From: a virus
Lineage: Duplodnaviria; Caudoviricetes
Length of the DNA: 52,196 nucleotides
Virus record (IMG/VR): IMGVR_UViG_3300047552_000351
Coordinates: 1 to 52,196 of that record
Direction: 5' to 3' (one strand)
This document shows positions 39,246 through 46,991 of the stretch, piece by piece; the first letter of the stretch is position 1; the number at the start of each line of letters is the position of its first letter. The notes under the pieces are model-generated. The model saw only the letters and a list, made by a program, of their open reading frames with translations, ran no database searches and was not told the DNA's origin. A program made the translations under genes and the position numbers.

Positions 39246-39797
39246 TTATGCTGGACGGTGCGCAACTAATGGCACGTTCTTATGAATCCACTGAAGCCAC
39301 TTGATCGCAAGAGCGGCTATCTTGGCGGCCCGATCAGTTCCATTTATGCACCTGCGCGCGTTGTTCCAGTCCGTATGTCCTGGCCGGATGTAGTCGCTGA
39401 TTTTTTTGCCAGTGAAATGCCCGTCTTTGAACCCTTTAACCAATATATCTACGGACGTATCCCATTCAAGCGCAAGATCTGGATCTTGAGTCAATGGAAC
39501 TCCAAGCAAGCGCTCGAACTTCGCATAATTCTCCTTCCATGTGATCTGAACAAGTCCGCGCCCGTACCATGGGTAATAGCGAAGCCTTCGTTTACGCCAC
39601 CATTCCGGCAACCAATACGCCTCGCGCACTGGCTCAAACGTCCCATTCGTTTCATGTTCTACGGTAGCAACCGTGTATGCGCACTGCTCGTCTGTGAAGC
39701 CTTCACCACGGCATGCCTCGATGATGTCTTTAACTCGTTCGATTTTATCCACTGCAATAATCCCCCGTATTGCAAACGCCAACAGATACGCAGACAC
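39246..39797 (-). CDS. endolysin, glycoside hydrolase family 19-like
   Basis: AY..AT..HET...P..E, YGRGLVQITWKENY, NARRCINGTDRA. The real start may be GTG at 39752. Confidence 0.88.
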   Translation of the reverse strand: MSAYLLAFAIRGIIAVDKIERVKDIIEACRGEGFTDEQCAYTVATVEHETNGTFEPVREAYWLPEWWRKRRLRYYPWYGRGLVQITWKENYAKFERLLGVPLTQDPDLALEWDTSVDILVKGFKDGHFTGKKISDYIRPGHTDWNNARRCINGTDRAAKIAALAIKWLQWIHKNVPLVAHRPA

Positions 39798-40015
39798 TAG
39801 TCATGTCCGTCATCTGCAACTTCAAATCCATTTACAATGCTTGCAGCTTTAGAAAGACCGGTTGCAATCCCTGGAGGCGAGCACGGACCTATGAACGTTG
39901 ACATCTTGTCATAGATGGATTGACTTGCGGCGACTAACGCCGCATTCCACGCGCGCCTCTCTGCGTCCTCGTCTACTAACTTAAACTCGTTTTTATAATC
40001 TTGAAACGTCACCAT
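39797..40015 (-). CDS. hypothetical protein
   Basis: GGAGG RBS, coupled to neighbours. Confidence 0.6.
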   Translation of the reverse strand: MVTFQDYKNEFKLVDEDAERRAWNAALVAASQSIYDKMSTFIGPCSPPGIATGLSKAASIVNGFEVADDGHD

Positions 40016-40581
40016 TAGACCTCCAGCTTTCGCGCGATGAACTGCGCTGATTGTTGTTTATAGGTTTTGTGTGCTACACCACGACCGCACAGCTTAAGCG
40101 CCCGCTCTAGTGCGACCTGCATCCATGTGAACTCTTCCGGCTCGTCTTCCACTTCGTCCAGTAGCTCTATTCGGAACGCGTCTACGCCTAAACCTGTGTT
40201 AACGTCGAACTTACTAGCCACCATAACCGCATCGACTGCTGTGCCTCCGAGGTGCATGGTCGCAATGGCGAAGTCACGTCCGCATCCAATCGCGTGCGGC
40301 TTTGATGGATCGAGTGGCAGCATTTGCATACCACCTTGCAGCAAGTACGGAAGCCCATCAAAGTCGATCAAAATAGCTGAAAACTCTTCAAGGTTTCCAG
40401 GCTCAGCGCCTTCGCCATTGAGCCACGAAACAACGTCGTACGCGTCATTAAACGACCCTGCGAAGGCAAGCATTCGGCCGTCTTGAAGCGTAAATATCTT
40501 GCGGGCTTCTATTGGCATCCCTTGGTCGTTTGCAAGTCGATCCGCTGCGAGTATCTTTCCGTCCCACGCTACGGTGGTCAT
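40015..40581 (-). CDS. HslV/proteasome-beta-like Ntn-hydrolase
   Basis: M-TTVAWDGKILAAD, K..., AFAGS, AIGCG (canonical AIGSG), D..TG. Confidence 0.8.
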   Translation of the reverse strand: MTTVAWDGKILAADRLANDQGMPIEARKIFTLQDGRMLAFAGSFNDAYDVVSWLNGEGAEPGNLEEFSAILIDFDGLPYLLQGGMQMLPLDPSKPHAIGCGRDFAIATMHLGGTAVDAVMVASKFDVNTGLGVDAFRIELLDEVEDEPEEFTWMQVALERALKLCGRGVAHKTYKQQSAQFIARKLEV

Positions 40582-40829
40582 ATGTATGACTCCTTTTCCA
40601 TGTGTCCTATGCGTGACTCATGGTCAACGATAACTTTTCCCATCTCTTCTATGATGTAAATGCTCATATACTTAGCTTCGTTGTACACCCAGACACACGT
40701 CAGAAAGTTTATGACTAGAAGGAGCATTGCTGTGACGAACACCATACGAGCACTCATGGCTCTTGGAACCTTTGCACGATATGGCGACGAACACGACGCA
40801 ACATCAAAGAGTTCCCAACGTGTAGCCAT
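40578..40829 (-). CDS. membrane protein, hypothetical
   Basis: One TM segment; GAGG RBS. Confidence 0.55.
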   Translation of the reverse strand: MATRWELFDVASCSSPYRAKVPRAMSARMVFVTAMLLLVINFLTCVWVYNEAKYMSIYIIEEMGKVIVDHESRIGHMEKESYI

Positions 40830-40956
40830 TTTGTATCATCCTCTTTTGCGCGCTTGGACAGAAGCATTTCATCTTCTTCCATCTCGTCAACAAGGTGCAG
40901 GACTTCGCCTAGCATATCCTGGCGACAGCCACGGCATGCGCAGTCTGATAATGTAC

Positions 40957-41250
40957 TCATTTCAGCACCTTTCTGAATCCGTAATCTAGGACGAAATCAA
41001 ACAACCACCACGGTTTCTTGCGCACTTCAACAACGCATGTGTGCAGTGGGCCGATATTAACCAAGTACGCGTCGCCTTCGCACTTTCCGGTAAATACCCA
41101 CCGCATTGCAATACCTGTTGAATTTGGCGGAAGTTCTATTACGTTGACTCCAAGTACGCGAGCCAAGTTATCAATCTCTCCGGTCGTGTTCGGATCGTTG
41201 ACGAAACGCGCGTACTGTTGATCTGTTAATGGATACCTGAAGATAGTCAT
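40957..41250 (-). CDS. hypothetical protein
   Basis: GAGGTG RBS before MTIFRYP. Confidence 0.6.
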   Translation of the reverse strand: MTIFRYPLTDQQYARFVNDPNTTGEIDNLARVLGVNVIELPPNSTGIAMRWVFTGKCEGDAYLVNIGPLHTCVVEVRKKPWWLFDFVLDYGFRKVLK

Positions 41251-41257
41251 TTTCACC

Positions 41258-41635
41258 TCAATTAAGCGGCACATGGCCACGGTTGCGCATACAGTTAGTG
41301 TATACCGTGCGATACACGTCACCACTTCGAAACACGCCTGAGACACCACCAAGTGCTGATCCTATTGCTGACCCTGGGACGCTTGCGATGCCGAGCCCTG
41401 CTATTCCGCCAACGATCGCACCGCCTGCGAGTCCGTAAGCGATCTCATCGGCTCCGATGCCTGCGTATGCCGCAGCGATGATTCTGCACTGATCCAGATC
41501 TTTGCGGATCGATCCGGGCTTCGCATCTGTCATGTGGTCTAGTGCTGGCTCGAATCCTGACAGCTGCGCAAGTCCGCTACACCCTGCGCACAGTGTACCA
41601 CACATTGCGATACTTAAAACCCAAAAAGATCGCAT
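41258..41635 (-). CDS. glycine-zipper lipoprotein
   Basis: Lipobox-like LCAGC; DLDQCR...GxxxG zipper...NCMRNRGH. Confidence 0.75.
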   Translation of the reverse strand: MRSFWVLSIAMCGTLCAGCSGLAQLSGFEPALDHMTDAKPGSIRKDLDQCRIIAAAYAGIGADEIAYGLAGGAIVGGIAGLGIASVPGSAIGSALGGVSGVFRSGDVYRTVYTNCMRNRGHVPLN

Positions 41636-41946
41636 TGGGAGTTGATTGGCTTTAAGTTATTTGCAATTCTAGCCATGTCAACTATACGAATTTGCTCTGA
41701 CCATTCTATTGTTTGGAATCCTAGGGAGTGCATTTGAAGGTCGTTTTTAAGGATAGCAATTGCAATTTGTTTGTAGCTTGGCGCTCTGCCTGACGCAGAT
41801 ACTTTTTTTGGTACTTCGTCCGGTATATCGCTAGAATAGCACCGCTTGCGCCATGTGTTGACGTATTGACTTACCCTCTCGCTTGCGCAGTTCCCAGGAC
41901 TGAATTGCTCTTTCCGCCTCTGCATTTGCCAGTAACCGCTGCTCAT
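41614..41946 (-). CDS. small protein resembling the C-terminus of IbrA/DUF3440
   Basis: W..R.Y..DIPDE...APSYKQIAIAILKND...LGF. Confidence 0.7.
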   Translation of the reverse strand: MSSGYWQMQRRKEQFSPGNCASERVSQYVNTWRKRCYSSDIPDEVPKKVSASGRAPSYKQIAIAILKNDLQMHSLGFQTIEWSEQIRIVDMARIANNLKPINSQCDLFGF

Positions 41947-42247
41947 CTGTAAGGAATCCCCATGCTTGTCGTGTTATATCTTCTGGACATCTAATTGCCA
42001 ATGCGCAAGCCGCATGACCTACCCACGCTTTCCTGTTCATCTGGTAATCAGTCAATGCGTTGTCGCAACTGTTAGGCCATTCGTAAATTACCCTCATCAT
42101 ATAAGATCCATACAATACATGATCTCCGGTAAATTTAATTGCTTTTTCAAGCATTTGTTTTCTGTTGTCTACATCCCCCCACATGTTGTGCCTAATCTCT
42201 TCCCACTCGTCGATGCTAACCCAAACCCTCTGAAGGTTCCTCATCAA
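41831..42247 (-). CDS. hypothetical protein of the Ibr cassette
   Basis: Trp-rich 138 aa ORF overlapping both neighbours. Confidence 0.7.
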   Translation of the reverse strand: MMRNLQRVWVSIDEWEEIRHNMWGDVDNRKQMLEKAIKFTGDHVLYGSYMMRVIYEWPNSCDNALTDYQMNRKAWVGHAACALAIRCPEDITRQAWGFLTDEQRLLANAEAERAIQSWELRKREGKSIRQHMAQAVLF

Positions 42248-43154
42248 GTTGGTCCTCTACGTTGTCCATATTCTCGACATCCCAAGACTTGGAAAAGTCT
42301 TTGCCTAAGAAAAGAGAAGCCAAACCAGTTATCTGTTTCAGTCGTAGTAGTTCATCTGGGCTCATTCCAATGTGTTTGCATATCCATGCGTCGCCTTTCC
42401 CCATTTCGACAAGTTCGGCAACAATCACAGACATCAGTTCGACGTTGTGCGTTCCACGCGCTCTGTTGTGCCTGATTGTTGACGCCATTCTGTCGTGGAC
42501 TTCTTTTTGAAGCACAACAACAGGCAACATTCCGTTTTCACGCTCTACAAGCGCCTTATTGTTCTTAAGGGTAAGGTATCGGTGAAATCCGTCTACAACG
42601 ACATACATATCACGATCTGGATCGTACACAGTGACGACTGGCTGCGTGTACCCATCCTCCATGATGGATGTTTCTAATAGAGCCATTTCTGGAGGAGCGA
42701 CGCGGTTCGGGTTGTAGTCGTTTGCGGTCACCTTTTCAATTGGAACCGGCCTGACGAAGTAAACCGGAGACTTCCACGGTGCTGCGTATGATCCGTCTTC
42801 CTGATGCAATTCCTTCCCAGACAACGGAGGGTTGAATACGCAAATTAGCACAGTTTCAACGTACGCAGTAAATACATGCGCGTCGTGCTGGTCTAACACG
42901 TACGTCGTATCTGGCTCAATTTCGAATGTTTCTCCTGTTGATTCGTTAAGTATTTCGCCGTGCCCGCTAACACAAAAGCAAGACTCCAGATGGTTCTTAT
43001 AGTGCCATCTCCACGAACCAGGATTAACCACTGTTTTAGTAAGAGTGTAACCCATTCCATCAGATTCGAGCAATATCCTATTGCTAACAAACCCCCCTTT
43101 TTGGCATTCTACAACTCGGTCTTTTTGAAGTTCTGAAACTTTTACAACTTTCAT
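42216..43154 (-). CDS. ibrB: ectoine-synthase-like cupin fused to an IbrB/ParB-like domain
   Basis: aa 1-124 EctC-like (SNRILLESDGMG, HYKNHLE, YVLDQHDAH, CVFNPPLSGKELH). Remainder ParB/IbrB-like (ANDYNPN, SIMEDGYTQP, VDGFHR, STIRHNRARG). Confidence 0.88.
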   Translation of the reverse strand: MKVVKVSELQKDRVVECQKGGFVSNRILLESDGMGYTLTKTVVNPGSWRWHYKNHLESCFCVSGHGEILNESTGETFEIEPDTTYVLDQHDAHVFTAYVETVLICVFNPPLSGKELHQEDGSYAAPWKSPVYFVRPVPIEKVTANDYNPNRVAPPEMALLETSIMEDGYTQPVVTVYDPDRDMYVVVDGFHRYLTLKNNKALVERENGMLPVVVLQKEVHDRMASTIRHNRARGTHNVELMSVIVAELVEMGKGDAWICKHIGMSPDELLRLKQITGLASLFLGKDFSKSWDVENMDNVEDQLDEEPSEGLG

Positions 43155-44479
43155 TTGTGCGGTCTAAGGATAGATGAGTACTTGCGTTGGATAGCGCGTT
43201 GACGCTTTTGCTGCTCTTGAGTCTGAGACAGTCCCAAGTATTTACACGTATGGTCGTTCTTTAGGATTGTGATTGCAAATCGTTTCCAGCTTGTCACCAT
43301 GCTGTTATGGAACGGAAGAGAATCAAGGTGATCTGGCGGGACTTTAATAACAACTCGTCTGAGTTCGTTTCCTCCGTGCGGAGTTACGCCATTAAAGTGA
43401 AACCGTGTTCCTGTTTTGTATAGTTCTGCAATTACATTTTCAGGCAATCCGCGCCCCACCCTACCCCAGAACATTATCGATTGGATGAAGCGCGATTTAA
43501 AATTTACCGCTGACTGCCTTGGAAGAGTTGCAAGTAAGAATTTTACAAAGCTTTTCCATGTATGTCCTTTTGGTAGCGTAAACGACGAGTAGTTGAGCTG
43601 CTTTCCGTAAGTTGCGATAAAGTTAGCGCCTCCGACTCTAGCGCACAGCCTTGCCCAGATTGGCGCATCTATCACCCGGTACATACCGAGGCTTGACTTT
43701 GATTCAGACATAAAAGGACTGGCAACTCGCATTTTCTTGATTGGGACGCCAGCCATATAGAACACGTCGTACAGTTTGTTATAGTCCCATCCGAACTTAG
43801 CGTTTGCTGTCCATATGTCTTCAGTCTTCCAATCGTATATTGGGTAGCAGTTGTAGGTATGGTCCGTGTTTTTCTTTGTCCACATCGCACCTTTCATCGT
43901 TTCCTTTTGCTGATTCATGATCGCTCTGAAACGGTTCAATGATTCAGCCGTACGGATTCCTATTAGGTTCGCACAGGATACATCTTGACTGTACCATTCC
44001 GCGAACATGTCCCAGAACTCATCGTAGTTCATGCCTGGTATAAACTTTTCACCGAAAGGATGATTAGACATGTTGACGATGTAGTCGTCTTCAGGCATTG
44101 GGCGAATCCACCGATGCTCATCGTCAATTCCCCAGCACTGCCACGCTATTTCATAGCTTGACACAGTGCATGGGAGAGTGATAGGCATGCAGCACCAATA
44201 GATGTCTAGGTACTGCCTGTTGTCTTTTAGTATTCGGTGCATGAACTCATACGAGTGCGTGTAGTTCGCCTCGTTGTCGAGAATCTGCACACCTATTTTT
44301 TTGTTTATGTTGTTAGCTTTTACGTAATCAAGGACAAGGTTAAGAAGAACGCCACTATCTTTTCCGCCAGAAAAAGACACGTAGACGCGCTCGAAGTTTT
44401 CAAAAATGAACTTTAGTCGTTCTTGGGAAGCGTCATAAACGGACGTTTCGTTGAACGACCGATAAGCTGAATTGCTCAC
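43151..44479 (-). CDS. ibrA: IbrA/YbdN-like PAPS-reductase-family protein (DUF3440)
   Basis: SFSGGKDS PP-loop, GIRTAESLNR, YPIYDW..EDIW, MRVASPF, ILKND; GAGAGG RBS. Confidence 0.9.
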   Translation of the reverse strand: MSNSAYRSFNETSVYDASQERLKFIFENFERVYVSFSGGKDSGVLLNLVLDYVKANNINKKIGVQILDNEANYTHSYEFMHRILKDNRQYLDIYWCCMPITLPCTVSSYEIAWQCWGIDDEHRWIRPMPEDDYIVNMSNHPFGEKFIPGMNYDEFWDMFAEWYSQDVSCANLIGIRTAESLNRFRAIMNQQKETMKGAMWTKKNTDHTYNCYPIYDWKTEDIWTANAKFGWDYNKLYDVFYMAGVPIKKMRVASPFMSESKSSLGMYRVIDAPIWARLCARVGGANFIATYGKQLNYSSFTLPKGHTWKSFVKFLLATLPRQSAVNFKSRFIQSIMFWGRVGRGLPENVIAELYKTGTRFHFNGVTPHGGNELRRVVIKVPPDHLDSLPFHNSMVTSWKRFAITILKNDHTCKYLGLSQTQEQQKRQRAIQRKYSSILRPHK

Positions 44480-44504
44480 AAAGACCTCTCGTCTAAAATG
44501 AAGC

Positions 44505-44536
44505 TACACAGTACCATACTGTGCGAGACTTTTCAA
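44505..44536 (-). promoter_or_regulatory. putative sigma70 promoter with overlapping inverted repeat for the Ibr cassette
   Basis: TTGAAA-17 nt-TACTGT with TG extension; inverted repeat CACAGTA-cca-TACTGTG at 44507-44523. Confidence 0.5.
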
Positions 44537-45405
44537 GCGTATTTACGGCGCAGGAAGTCCAGGCTAACGACGCACTCATCGAACTGACCGTTATGCACTT
44601 CGTTTAGAACGAAGATCCCGCGAAAGTGGTTGTTAGCTTGAGGGCCCAGATAATCCTCGTCGTGCAGGTAGCACGATCCAGCTATGATCCCGGTTAGCTG
44701 GCCCCCATCTGCTTTTGTCGCGTAGGCGATAGCTTTTCCTTGTTGGTGCCCTGCTATGCAGCTCTGATGCTTCTTAGTCAAAAGCGTTGCGGCGCTTGTG
44801 ATTGGACGCCCCATAACGCCAGAAACGAAGTAATGACTAAAGCAAATCCCGTCTAGTTCGACAACCTGCAAGAATTCGTAAGTTGTCCATCCTGCGGCAT
44901 CGTATCCAAGGTCATCTAGGCATAGCAAACCATCAAGTTCTGGCTGAAGTTCTGTTGCACGGCATATTCTGTGTTCATGGTTTCCGTACAAGATATTGCG
45001 TGACTCTACGCCAGCGCCAATGCACGCAAACCCGAGACGCTTTGCAACGTCAGACGCGATCTTAATATCTTTCTTGTACCTCCTGCCTTCGAACGACTTT
45101 TTGCCCTTATCATATGACGACAGGCTTGGCATGTCCGCCAGATCTCCAAGTTGGACGACGGCGTATGGCTTCTTTTCCTTGATATATCGACATATCCAAT
45201 CGATGTGTCGCAGGTCTACTCCTTCTTTAACCTGTAGGTCTGGAATGATGATGTACCGCTTAAACAGATGAGAACTGAAGTTCTCGCATGGTGCTGGCTT
45301 CAGCCTACGCGCAACGCCTCGCCTATCAATCCCAAACCTGCGAGCGACTGCACCATAAGACCCTAGTTCGGAATAGGCGTCTTCTAGGTCAGATAATTTA
45401 ATCAT
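44533..45405 (-). CDS. calcineurin-like metallophosphoesterase with an N-terminal HTH
   Basis: PDLQ, GDLAD, GNHE, SH and GHQQ motifs; N-terminal GAVARRFGIDRRGVARRL. Confidence 0.85.
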   Translation of the reverse strand: MIKLSDLEDAYSELGSYGAVARRFGIDRRGVARRLKPAPCENFSSHLFKRYIIIPDLQVKEGVDLRHIDWICRYIKEKKPYAVVQLGDLADMPSLSSYDKGKKSFEGRRYKKDIKIASDVAKRLGFACIGAGVESRNILYGNHEHRICRATELQPELDGLLCLDDLGYDAAGWTTYEFLQVVELDGICFSHYFVSGVMGRPITSAATLLTKKHQSCIAGHQQGKAIAYATKADGGQLTGIIAGSCYLHDEDYLGPQANNHFRGIFVLNEVHNGQFDECVVSLDFLRRKYA

Positions 45406-45625
45406 CTGTTATGTGTTCGTAATTATTTGCAACTCGCCTAATCTTGCAATCGAAAATTTCTATTGCGTCATTTTCTTTTCTACCAATGACGAGAGAATCT
45501 CCAGACATTTCAAATATCACATGATGTATTGCTGGCGAATCAGAAAGATCGATAAAAATATCCTTCGCCCACCTTTCGCGCGTTGATCTCTTCATCTTCA
45601 ATCCTAGCCACTTTCTAAACTCCAT
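45398..45625 (-). CDS. hypothetical protein
   Basis: GGAG RBS, overlapping neighbours. Confidence 0.5.
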   Translation of the reverse strand: MEFRKWLGLKMKRSTRERWAKDIFIDLSDSPAIHHVIFEMSGDSLVIGRKENDAIEIFDCKIRRVANNYEHITDD

Positions 45626-45893
45626 AATCTTCTCCGGCACACTCTGCAGCCAACGCGCAATACGCAACGTCGTCAAGGTAATCGTCTGCTTTATATGCGC
45701 CTCCAGCGCTTCGCGCTTTTTTTAGGATAGACATAAATTCCCATCCTTCGGTCGTCGTGAGGTTGTGTCCAAACAGGGCGTTAAACGCCATGACTGTGGC
45801 ACGCATAGACCTTTCTCCGCCTTCTCTGTCGCGCTCTTTTGCGCGGTCGTCGATGGTGTGGTATGCGTCGATTAGTATTTCTTGAGCGTTCAT
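45615..45893 (-). CDS. DUF6378-like protein
   Basis: DR...D...GERSM...FM..LK.AR......DDY.D..AY.ALA.E. Confidence 0.7.
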   Translation of the reverse strand: MNAQEILIDAYHTIDDRAKERDREGGERSMRATVMAFNALFGHNLTTTEGWEFMSILKKARSAGGAYKADDYLDDVAYCALAAECAGEDYGV

Positions 45894-46045
45894 TTATGCT
45901 GCACCACTTCAGTCTCAGAACGTGGGTATCCAAGATCAAGGACAACGTAATTCATAACGTCCTCGTGGCTCATCTCGATTGGCAATAGTTCATCCTCGAC
46001 AAACTCACCAGAAACGTAGAACGACCATTTGCGGAATTTACTCAT
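45890..46045 (-). CDS. small hypothetical protein (51 aa)
   Basis: Hand-translated; overlaps both neighbours. Confidence 0.45.
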   Translation of the reverse strand: MSKFRKWSFYVSGEFVEDELLPIEMSHEDVMNYVVLDLGYPRSETEVVQHK

Positions 46046-46232
46046 CTTTAAATTCCATCATCTGCAGTTCATCCATTAGCGCTCTATGCTGTTCCTCTAT
46101 CGCCTGCTGTGATTCGACGTAATGGACAATGCGCAGCGCGAACACCATCCAACCCATAGTGGCCAGCACAAACAGGATCATGACGACAAACGCGCGAGCG
46201 ATTGACTCGTCGCGTTCATAGTTTGGTTTCAT
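46038..46232 (-). CDS. small membrane protein
   Basis: One TM segment; starts MKPNYERDE. Confidence 0.55.
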   Translation of the reverse strand: MKPNYERDESIARAFVVMILFVLATMGWMVFALRIVHYVESQQAIEEQHRALMDELQMMEFKDE

Positions 46233-46393
46233 CTCCGCGTCCCCATCACGTTCGAGCATTCCATGGATGCCCACTTATCGATGCATTTGTGTCTTTGGTG
46301 AATACGGTAAAACGTATTCCCAAGACAGAACGCGACCAACACGACCACGACGACGAACAAGGCATAAACGTCATTGTGATTTTCTTTCTTCAC
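46229..46393 (-). CDS. small membrane protein (54 aa)
   Basis: Hand-translated; GTGA/ATGA coupling; one TM segment. Confidence 0.45.
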   Translation of the reverse strand: MKKENHNDVYALFVVVVVLVAFCLGNTFYRIHQRHKCIDKWASMECSNVMGTRR

Positions 46394-46755
46394 TGTAGAT
46401 CCTCAATTCTCAAACAAACGGAACCTGCTTTATGCGGGTCTGGGTAGATTGACCAGTCAACATACAAACGTTTCACCTGGCTGTCGTCTTTCCAGACTCC
46501 TGCGTGCGTTAGCGCATCGAAAACACACTTAAGATAATTATCGATGTCACGCACCCTCCTATCTGGCGGTATGTAATGAACGTCTACCTGTAGATACTGT
46601 TGTTTATCACAGTATCGCCCGCGAAACTCTTTAGCCAGCATAACAGCATCCTTGCGGTACTCGCGACCACGCTCGGACAGGATAGTGCGGCCGTTTACAG
46701 CCCTCCAATAGCTATTAACGCTTGGAGGAAACGGAAGATGAATGACCGTACTCAA
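46390..46755 (-). CDS. rusA: RusA Holliday junction resolvase
   Basis: LPFPPSVNSYWR, PPDRRVRDIDNYLK..FDALT.AGVW.DDSQV. Start uncertain (46755 or 46791). Confidence 0.92.
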   Translation of the reverse strand: MSTVIHLPFPPSVNSYWRAVNGRTILSERGREYRKDAVMLAKEFRGRYCDKQQYLQVDVHYIPPDRRVRDIDNYLKCVFDALTHAGVWKDDSQVKRLYVDWSIYPDPHKAGSVCLRIEDLQ

Positions 46756-46991
46756 TTCGCAAACCCGCGATTTGCTGGCTGGACGTTCCACTCGTCAGCA
46801 ATTCGAAGGTATGCGTAATTAAGGACCATCAGAGCTGCTGTAATACGATCCTTGTCATAAATCAACTGGTCTCCGTTCACCATTTCTGGATGATTGATTG
46901 ACTGCCATACCCGTTCAATCAGTTCCATGGTAGTCATATCAGCGAGTTGCGCTGCTATTTTTTCGGCTTGTTCTGTTTGTTCAACTGACAT
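46752..46991 (-). CDS. hypothetical protein
   Basis: ATG overlaps the upstream TGA. Confidence 0.55.
   Translation of the reverse strand: MSVEQTEQAEKIAAQLADMTTMELIERVWQSINHPEMVNGDQLIYDKDRITAALMVLNYAYLRIADEWNVQPANRGFAN

Noticed and set aside
39059-39265. 68 aa ORF from the track
   Set aside because: An alternative frame (39048..39182) has a strong AGGAG RBS and packs better with its neighbours.
42216-43154. Plasmid-prophage partition system, or a full ectoine pathway
   Set aside because: No ParA or parS; the ParB domain is IbrB-type; no ectA or ectB present.
44505-44525. LexA (SOS) box suggested by TACTGT
   Set aside because: Does not fit CTGT-N8-ACAG; the half-sites are in the opposite arrangement.
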